Shown in pieces: positions 26,402-32,000 of a stretch of 32,000 nt of DNA (the stretch's first letter is position 1; the number at the start of each line of letters is the position of its first letter). The notes beneath the pieces are model-generated. The model had not been told where the DNA came from and ran no database searches. It saw only the letters and a list, made by a program, of their open reading frames with translations. The position numbers and the translations under genes are program-made. The stretch comes from Candidatus Saccharimonadota bacterium (GTDB taxonomy: Bacteria; Patescibacteriota; Saccharimonadia; Saccharimonadales; Saccharimonadaceae), in contig JAIUPJ010000001.1 of NCBI GenBank assembly GCA_020160975.1, forward strand, positions 600,001-632,000, read 5' to 3'.

Positions 26402-26453
26402 GCTGTCTCTAAGTTACAACTGCCAAGATAAGGCAGTAAACAGGAGATAACAT

Positions 26454-26720
26454 ATGAACATGAACAGCAATCTCACACTTAGTACCGACGAAGCACTGGT
26501 ATTGCAACATATTAGTGAAAGTGGCGAGGACGACATTATCGGACTAGCCCAGAGTCTGCGGATGAGTCGTCAACGGGTAGCCGCGCTGCTCACTCACTTA
26601 AAAAATAAAGGGCTAGTCCGCATCAAAACCACCTATGGTGATTGGTGGGTACAGACGAGCCGTAAAGGCTCGGCATTGGTACAAAACATGTGGCCTGAAC
26701 TTCAGGTGCGCTATAACTAG
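26454..26720 (+). CDS. Small winged-helix DNA-binding protein (88 aa).
   Basis: SD CAGGAGA upstream. LVLQHISESGEDDIIGLAQSLRMSRQRVAALLTHLKNKGLVRI resembles a MarR-like wHTH. Confidence 0.6.
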   Translation: MNMNSNLTLSTDEALVLQHISESGEDDIIGLAQSLRMSRQRVAALLTHLKNKGLVRIKTTYGDWWVQTSRKGSALVQNMWPELQVRYN

Positions 26721-26735
26721 AGCTATACTAGAGCT

Positions 26736-27413
26736 ATGAAGATACTAGTTGTCGACGACGAGCATCGGATCGCACGCTCCATCAAACAAGGCCTCGAACA
26801 GGATGGTTATGCGGTTGATATTGAGCACGATGGGGAGGCGGGATATCTGGCGGCGAAAGCAGACGAGTACGATGCAATTGTACTCGACGTCATGATGCCT
26901 GAAATGACGGGCATTGAAGTAGTACGCAAGTTGCGAGCCGAAGGAAACCATACGCCAGTATTACTGCTAACCGCAAAAGATCAATCGCGTGATGTAGTGG
27001 AGGGGCTCGATGCCGGCGCTGACGATTATTTACCAAAGCCGTTTTCGTTTGATGAACTGACAGCGCGAATTCGAGCGCTGATGCGCCGCCCGCAGACCGC
27101 ACTGGATACGATACTTGCGGTGCGAGATGTCACACTCGATACCGTAAGTCGTAGGGTAATCCGTCAGGGCGCTGAAGTGCAGCTTTCAGCTAAAGAGTTC
27201 GCGATTTTTGAGTATCTACTCCGCAACAAAAATCGTATCGTCAGCAAGAATAACCTCATGACCCATGTATGGGACTTTGATGCTGATATTTTGCCAAATA
27301 ATGTTGAGGTGTTTATAAATTATCTCCGCGGCAAGATCGACAGGCCATTCACGGGCGATCCACTTATCCAAACGGTGCGAGGGTTTGGATACGTGATTAA
27401 GGATGAGGCATGA
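26736..27413 (+). CDS. OmpR/PhoB-family response regulator.
   Basis: Receiver: MKILVVDDE...DAIVLDVMMPEMTGIEV...LLLTAKD...GADDYLPKPFSFDELTARIRALMRR. Winged-helix output: LSAKEFAIFEYLLRN...VEVFINYLRGKID...IQTVRGFGYVI. Confidence 0.95.
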   Translation: MKILVVDDEHRIARSIKQGLEQDGYAVDIEHDGEAGYLAAKADEYDAIVLDVMMPEMTGIEVVRKLRAEGNHTPVLLLTAKDQSRDVVEGLDAGADDYLPKPFSFDELTARIRALMRRPQTALDTILAVRDVTLDTVSRRVIRQGAEVQLSAKEFAIFEYLLRNKNRIVSKNNLMTHVWDFDADILPNNVEVFINYLRGKIDRPFTGDPLIQTVRGFGYVIKDEA

Positions 27414-28384
27414 ACTATCTCAAGCACGACGTCCTGCGCTTGGCGGCGACCTATCTCGCAATTATTATGATCATGAGTATCGGATTCTCTTTTCTGTTGT
27501 TTGGCGTTTCGCGAGATGAGTTAGGGCGACGCCCAAGAGAATTTGCTCCCGACTCCCCTTTTAGCGGCAATAGCATGCAGCAGTATTTCGACCAACGTGA
27601 GCAGGAGAGTCGACAAACATTATTGATTGACCTAGTGCTTGCCAATGTCGGTATGTTGCTATTTGGCGGAGTGATTAGTTACTTGCTAGCTGAGCGAACC
27701 CTGCGGCCGATCGAACAAAACATGGCAGCACAATCCCAGTTTGTCAGTGACGCTAGTCATGAACTACGCACACCGTTGACCGCACTGCGGACAGCCAACG
27801 AAGTCGCACTCCGGAGCAAGACGCTAAAGCTCAAAGAGGCAAAAGAAGTAATTCGAGAAAATGTCGATGACATTTCACGGCTCCAAGGACTGGCTGATTC
27901 GATGCTTGGGCTATTGCGGAAGGAGCAGCCAATTCAGCGTACATCAGTCGATCTCGCTACCGTGGTGGCGGACGCCATGAATAACGTCGCGCCGCAGGCG
28001 CTGAGAAAACACATCGAAATTATTGACGAAGTGCCCCGTATCACGGTGCGTGGTGAGCGGCAGCTGCTGGGCAGCTTAGTGACGATTCTGCTTGATAATT
28101 CAGTTAAGTACAGCCATACCCCATCGGTGATTCGCGTTGCCGCTCAGGCGTCGGGGCAGAAAGTGCAGTTGCGAGTTAGTGACGAGGGTGTAGGGATGAG
28201 TAGGGAGACCATCGCAAATGTGTTCACGCGTTTTTATCGTGCTGATAGTGCTCGCTCGACCGAAGGCTATGGCCTGGGTCTGGCGATTGCTGAGAAGATT
28301 GTCCACCAACATGGAGGGACGATTCGTGTAGAGAGTCAGCTCGGAAAAGGTACAACTGTGACTGTTGTGCTGCCAAAGACATAA
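27410..28384 (+). CDS. Sensor histidine kinase (HisKA + HATPase_c), two N-terminal TMs.
   Basis: ATGA overlap with the response regulator. H-box FVSDASHELRTPLTAL. N/G boxes LLDNSVKYS, SDEGVGM, GYGLGLAIAEKIVHQHGGTIRVESQLGKGTTV. Confidence 0.95.
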   Translation: MNYLKHDVLRLAATYLAIIMIMSIGFSFLLFGVSRDELGRRPREFAPDSPFSGNSMQQYFDQREQESRQTLLIDLVLANVGMLLFGGVISYLLAERTLRPIEQNMAAQSQFVSDASHELRTPLTALRTANEVALRSKTLKLKEAKEVIRENVDDISRLQGLADSMLGLLRKEQPIQRTSVDLATVVADAMNNVAPQALRKHIEIIDEVPRITVRGERQLLGSLVTILLDNSVKYSHTPSVIRVAAQASGQKVQLRVSDEGVGMSRETIANVFTRFYRADSARSTEGYGLGLAIAEKIVHQHGGTIRVESQLGKGTTVTVVLPKT

Positions 28385-28412
28385 CCCACTTTCAGTGAAA
28401 ATAATTACATGC

Positions 28413-28427
28413 ATCTTTTCAAAAGAT
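28413..28427. promoter_or_regulatory. 15-bp perfect palindrome ATCTTTTcAAAAGAT upstream of the GlsB-like gene; candidate operator.
   Basis: 7-bp arms with a 1-nt centre, so it cannot form a stable hairpin. Followed by a -10-like TATGAT (28431-28436). Confidence 0.3.
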
Positions 28428-28472
28428 CAGTATGATGAGGACATTCCATTAATAATAAAAAGGAGAACAAGA

Positions 28473-28736
28473 ATGGACTTAATGAGTATCGTTATCTGGA
28501 TCATCGTCGGTGCACTTGCCGGCTGGGTCGCATCAATGATCATGAAGACAGATGCACAAATGGGTGCTCTGGCAAATATCGTTGTTGGTATCATCGGCGC
28601 ATTCGTCGGTGGCTGGGTTGTCAGCCTGTTTGGTACGGCACCAGCAGCTGGTCAGCTTAACATTCCAAGCATCTTGACTGCCATCCTTGGCTCAGTTATC
28701 CTGCTCTTCCTCGTCAAGCTTGTCCGCCGCGCGTAA
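28473..28736 (+). CDS. GlsB/YeaQ/YmgE-family (transglycosylase-associated) small membrane stress protein.
   Basis: Track ORF 28365..28736. ATG at 28473 has SD AAAGGAG 8 nt upstream. MDLMSIVIWIIVGALAGWVASMIM...IVVGIIGAFVGGWVVSLFG...AILGSVILLFLVKLV is the typical family pattern. Confidence 0.85.
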   Translation: MDLMSIVIWIIVGALAGWVASMIMKTDAQMGALANIVVGIIGAFVGGWVVSLFGTAPAAGQLNIPSILTAILGSVILLFLVKLVRRA

Positions 28737-28760
28737 TCGCCCGGGCAAGACCTTGCGCCA

Positions 28761-28788
28761 AAAGACTGCTCTCACCGAGCAGTTTTTT
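28761..28788 (+). terminator. Intrinsic terminator after the GlsB-like gene.
   Basis: aaagACTGCTC-tcacc-GAGCAGTttttt. 7-bp stem flanked by an A-run and a T-run. Confidence 0.7.
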
Positions 28789-28856
28789 GCGTGAGGTGCA
28801 ATAATAGTGAAAATAGTCACAGCAGAGATGCCTCACCGCGGCGTAGTATCAAGTAT

Positions 28857-29258
28857 ATGACAAAACCGCATGCATCAATTCTTATCGTCGAAGACGACAT
28901 CGCCCTCAACGACGCCTATACTACTATCCTGCGCACTGCCGGGCACAATGTTGAATCAGTCTTCAATGGCCAGGAGGCACTCGACCATCTTGCGAGTAGA
29001 GCAGCTGAACCCGATATTATTCTTCTCGATCTGCGCATGCCGGTACTTGATGGTATTGGGTTTCTGCGTGAATTCCAACCAGTTACTCATCCAAAATGTA
29101 CGGTCGTCGTCTTTAGTAATTACGATGCCCACAAAGATATCGATGAGGCATATAGTCTTGGTGTTGATCGCTATGTTCTCAAGGCACGTGCTGCGCCACA
29201 AGATTTGATTCATTTGGTGGATGGTGTACTTTCCGACAGTCTAGCTGTTGAGGTGTAG
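28857..29258 (+). CDS. Single-domain (CheY-like) response regulator receiver protein.
   Basis: Track ORF starts at GTG 28791, inside the terminator. ATG at 28857 gives MTKPHASILIVEDDIALNDAY...IILLDLRMPVLDGIGFLREF...VVVFSNYDA...YVLKA. No output domain. Confidence 0.85.
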   Translation: MTKPHASILIVEDDIALNDAYTTILRTAGHNVESVFNGQEALDHLASRAAEPDIILLDLRMPVLDGIGFLREFQPVTHPKCTVVVFSNYDAHKDIDEAYSLGVDRYVLKARAAPQDLIHLVDGVLSDSLAVEV

Positions 29259-29909
29259 GTCGCGAAAGCTCTCCTCGCCCATGTATGCTTCAAGATTGCG
29301 AAGATTGACAAAATACGTTGACGAAGTGTAATCGACGATATTCTTGTCTTTGAGAACGCGTAGATTTTTTGCAGTTGACTCACGGGTTTGACCGATTAGA
29401 TTTGCAAGCATGCCCTGGGTGAGTTTAAGGTCAATCTCGAACATGCCGTTGCTACGCTCAAGTCCATAGCGGAATGTTAGATAGTAGAGTGTGTAGCATA
29501 TTTTTTCTGTGGCTCGTGACTGGCAGAGCCCGGTGATGCGTAGCAGTAGACCTGCCTGGCTCTGTGCAATCAATCCCAGGTACTCTTCCATATAGGTCGG
29601 GTTGGCACGCATGGCATCCCACAAGTCTTCCTTCTTGATACGCAGAGCGCGAACATCATTAATGGCCTGATAGTTAAATAGCGATGTTGAAGCCTGGTTA
29701 TTTGTCCAAGCAATTGGTATGACTGACCCACGTCCAAATAGATTCACGATTGTTTCGTCGCCCTCAGGGTTGATCGTATAGCCTTTGACAACGCCATCGA
29801 GGATGATGATAGCGTAGCGCGGCACTTCACCTTGGAAGAAGAGGCTACTGCCGCGACGAAAAAGTGTTGCAGTGCCAACTGTGCGCAGGTGCGACAGAAG
29901 TTGCTTCAT
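29241..29909 (-). CDS. Crp/Fnr-family transcriptional regulator.
   Basis: cNMP-binding-like N-domain: LFFQGEVPRYAIIILDGVVKGY...GDETIVNLFGRGSVI. C-terminal HTH: TQGMLANLIGQTRESTAKNLRVLKDKNIV. The 3' end overlaps the convergent receiver gene by 18 nt. Confidence 0.85.
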   Translation of the reverse strand: MKQLLSHLRTVGTATLFRRGSSLFFQGEVPRYAIIILDGVVKGYTINPEGDETIVNLFGRGSVIPIAWTNNQASTSLFNYQAINDVRALRIKKEDLWDAMRANPTYMEEYLGLIAQSQAGLLLRITGLCQSRATEKICYTLYYLTFRYGLERSNGMFEIDLKLTQGMLANLIGQTRESTAKNLRVLKDKNIVDYTSSTYFVNLRNLEAYMGEESFRDLHLNS

Positions 29910-29915
29910 ATCTTT

Positions 29916-29946
29916 AGTATACTCTTGTGTGTGAAAATTCTTGCAA
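29916..29946 (-). promoter_or_regulatory. Candidate leaderless promoter of the Crp/Fnr gene: TTGCAA-19 nt-TATACT-6 nt-ATG.
   Basis: Minus-strand read is TTGCAAgaattttcacacacaagagTATACTaaagatATG. The spacer is long (19 nt), so the -35 assignment is weak. Confidence 0.3.
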
Positions 29947-30020
29947 AATATCAGCGGAATATTATGAAATAATCAAAATTACCTCTGTTAAATATAAAGA
30001 GCCACTGACGAGGCGGTACG

Positions 30021-30035
30021 GTGATTTTTATCACA
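30021..30035. promoter_or_regulatory. CRP/FNR-type inverted repeat GTGAT-N4-ATCAC (equivalently gGTGA-N6-TCACA).
   Basis: cgGTGATTTTTATCACag. Lies 111 nt from the divergent Crp/Fnr gene start and about 40 nt upstream of ATG 30074. Confidence 0.45.
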
Positions 30036-30073
30036 GCATGGCTGTTGCTGAAGCGGTAGGATACATATATAAC

Positions 30074-30466
30074 ATGAAAAGGAGACAAGCTGTGGTAAGA
30101 AACATACTATATACATCCCTCCTTGTTGCCGTTGTTGGCATGCTCGTTATGAGCGGGAGTGGACAGTTCACGGGAATGCAAATGCTCGCAGGACAAGGCA
30201 TTTCGCACAGTATTCTTTTGGTAATCGCTTTGGTGGCAATTACCACCATGTGGTTAGTGCGACCTCCTCGCCCCCTCGCTATGCGGGCACTGCTCGGCAC
30301 AGGTGCACTTATTTTGACAGGTGCGGCTATCACGATGACTCTGCACTTTCAGATGGGTATGATCGACTGCTTGATATGTCTTGCAGTGGCGATTGTGGCG
30401 GCGATTGAAGCCCTTGAAATGCCTGCCCCCCAGGTTAAGCGGCTCGGTTTTTACCAACCTTTGTAG
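30074..30466 (+). CDS. Small hypothetical membrane protein (about 130 aa, 4 predicted TMs).
   Basis: Track ORF 29927..30466 starts at GTG. ATG at 30074 (MKRRQAVVRNILYTSLLVAVVGMLVM...) is preceded by TACATA plus 6 nt. ATG at 30038 is an alternative. No family recognised. Confidence 0.5.
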   Translation: MKRRQAVVRNILYTSLLVAVVGMLVMSGSGQFTGMQMLAGQGISHSILLVIALVAITTMWLVRPPRPLAMRALLGTGALILTGAAITMTLHFQMGMIDCLICLAVAIVAAIEALEMPAPQVKRLGFYQPL

Positions 30467-31509
30467 TCGGTACTAACGGCCCTCGCGCGTCGTCGCTCGA
30501 TAATGCTCGTTACCGTTGCGGTTGCAACAAATATCAAGCCGATTGACCCGGTGAACCATTCAGGAGGCTCGATATGGTAAAGTTTGACCAGCATGACGAG
30601 ACCGAGGGCCAGGATTGCCCAATGTGCACCGTGTTCAAGGTACTGATAGCGACCAAGCGTTTGGTTGCGGACTAGATAGACCGTGAGCGAGCGCACCCAA
30701 AGCGCACCAACACCTAGGCCAGCCATGATCAAGATAATATCATTGGTGATGGCAAATGCGCCGATTACGCCATCGAGCGAAAACGAGGCATCGAGAACAT
30801 TGAGATAGACAAATGAAGCAAATGCCGCCATGCCAACAAGACGCTTCGACTGTGAAACCTGCTTGGCAGCAAAATAACGACTCGCGAGATCGAGACTAAT
30901 ATGCAAGATGATGCCTGTGATGGACGCCACAAGTACGATAGTTTCATAGGTGCGATCAACCGTCATGTACATCAACATTGCAATGGCAAGCATCACCAGA
31001 ATCTTAAAACTCTCATACTGGCCAAACTTACTCAGCCATCGCTCTATATTGCCGAGCCAGTGGACGTCTTTTTGACGATCAAGGAAATAGCTGACGCCAA
31101 TCATCAACAGAAAAGTACCGCCAAAGGCATTGATCATGGGTGCGGCGTCGTGAAGGGTGTGACCGTAGGCTGCAGCATCGTTAAGAGCCATGTCAACCAC
31201 AGCGGCAAAAGATTTGCCAGATGATATCATAACGATGACAACGGGCAAGACAAATCGCACAGCGAACACCGCAATCAGAATTCCTACTGTCAAGAATAGT
31301 TGCTGCCAAAGCGGCGACATTTTGCCGAGAACCTTGCTATTGATCACCGCATTGTCGAAGCTGAATGTAACTTCAAGCACTACCAAAATGGCAAACAACC
31401 ACAATGCGCCGGGGCCAAGATGATAGCCGACAAGTGCTGCGACAACGAGACTGAGGAGGCCCGAGATCCAAAAGATACGGAGTGGGTGAGCAGAGTGGAG
31501 CTTTGTCAT
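30451..31509 (-). CDS. DUF475 / TerC-superfamily integral membrane protein.
   Basis: Track ORF extends to 31725. ATG at 31509 gives MTKLHSAHPLRIFWISGLL.... The two signature repeats are VVLEVTFSFDNAVINSKVLG and LNVLDASFSLDGVIGAFAITNDI. Confidence 0.7.
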   Translation of the reverse strand: MTKLHSAHPLRIFWISGLLSLVVAALVGYHLGPGALWLFAILVVLEVTFSFDNAVINSKVLGKMSPLWQQLFLTVGILIAVFAVRFVLPVVIVMISSGKSFAAVVDMALNDAAAYGHTLHDAAPMINAFGGTFLLMIGVSYFLDRQKDVHWLGNIERWLSKFGQYESFKILVMLAIAMLMYMTVDRTYETIVLVASITGIILHISLDLASRYFAAKQVSQSKRLVGMAAFASFVYLNVLDASFSLDGVIGAFAITNDIILIMAGLGVGALWVRSLTVYLVRNQTLGRYQYLEHGAHWAILALGLVMLVKLYHIEPPEWFTGSIGLIFVATATVTSIIERRRARAVSTDYKGW

Positions 31510-31568
31510 ACTTTCTATAGTAACAGAGACTAGCGTGTTGCTGGGGAATGACATAGTATAGTGAAAGT

Positions 31569-32000
31569 ATGCTGACATATTATCGCACCACAGCAAAGCG
31601 AGCTGACATGGCCGAAGTAACTGCGCTCCACGCGGGGAGCTGGGTTCGGTCTGAGCGACCATCGGAAGAGGAGCTAGCTGTATTGGTGAGCCGCGGTATC
31701 GATGCCGATCTTTTGGCCGATGCACTTGACCCTCATGAAGTGCCGCGCATCGAGCACGATGATGGCTGGACGTATTTCATCACGCGCGTTCCCGATGTCG
31801 GTGATGATTTCAATGATTACACCACGCCAATCATGTTTGCGCTCGGCAAAGAGTATACGGTGACGGTGAGCCGCGATCTGCTTGGTCGCCTGTGGCAGCC
31901 ATTTATAGACCACCCGCCAGTGGGCACAACACAACAGACCCAGCTATTCCTAGCTATGATGGAGCGTATATTGCAGTCGTATCAAACGCGTGTGGCGGCG
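31569..32000 (+). CDS. corA: CorA-family divalent-cation transporter, N-terminal part (partial; continues past the window end).
   Basis: Not in the track (open at the edge). ATG at 31569 gives MLTYYRTTAKRADMAEVTALHAGSWVRSERPSEEELAVLVSRGIDADLLADALDPHEVPRIEHDDGWTYFITRVPD.... This matches the typical CorA cytoplasmic N-domain pattern (W-h-x-h-x-x-P-s-x-e-E-h-x-x-L; D-x-h-x-x-x-x-x-P-(K/R)-h-E). The GMN motif would lie outside the window. Confidence 0.55.
   Translation, partial: MLTYYRTTAKRADMAEVTALHAGSWVRSERPSEEELAVLVSRGIDADLLADALDPHEVPRIEHDDGWTYFITRVPDVGDDFNDYTTPIMFALGKEYTVTVSRDLLGRLWQPFIDHPPVGTTQQTQLFLAMMERILQSYQTRVAA

Overview
Gene-dense bacterial window, with almost every gap under 330 nt. 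Standard genetic code: TGA acts as a stop in several ATGA and TAATG start/stop overlaps. I found no rRNA, tRNA, CRISPR array, transposase or integrase.

Three blocks:
(1) 1-14863 is an envelope/surface-protein locus of about 15 kb. It holds a giant Gly-rich/Kelch-repeat protein that runs off the left edge and is missing from the supplied ORF track. It also holds a 1092-aa protein with CBM-like modules, an Ig/PKD-like membrane protein, a DUF916/DUF3324-like anchored protein, and three paralogous secreted beta-rich subunits with a conserved C-terminal tail ending in Tyr. A divergently transcribed, membrane-anchored beta-helix protein completes the block.
(2) 15804-22277 is an F-type ATP synthase operon (b, delta, alpha, gamma, beta, truncated epsilon). 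It has no recognisable atpB or atpE. A 279-aa exported protein with a c-subunit-like C-terminal hairpin, but no carboxylate, sits in the slot upstream of atpF.
(3) 22363-32000 is a regulatory/membrane block. It starts with a translationally coupled trio: a 33-aa mini-prepilin, a TylF-like methyltransferase and a voltage-sensor-domain-only protein. It continues with a PadR + PspC-domain pair, a small wHTH protein, an OmpR/HisKA two-component system, a GlsB/YeaQ-type protein, a lone receiver domain, a Crp/Fnr regulator with a nearby CRP/FNR-type palindrome, a DUF475/TerC-like protein and a partial CorA.

One pattern recurs across the window. First-in-operon ATG codons sit 6-10 nt downstream of a TAnnnT -10-like hexamer with no Shine-Dalgarno, which predicts leaderless mRNAs. 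Internal genes use AGGAG-type SDs or overlapping stop/start codons.

The gene content suggests a small-genome monoderm, possibly CPR/Saccharibacteria-like. That is inference only. All domain calls come from motif recognition by eye, not from searches.
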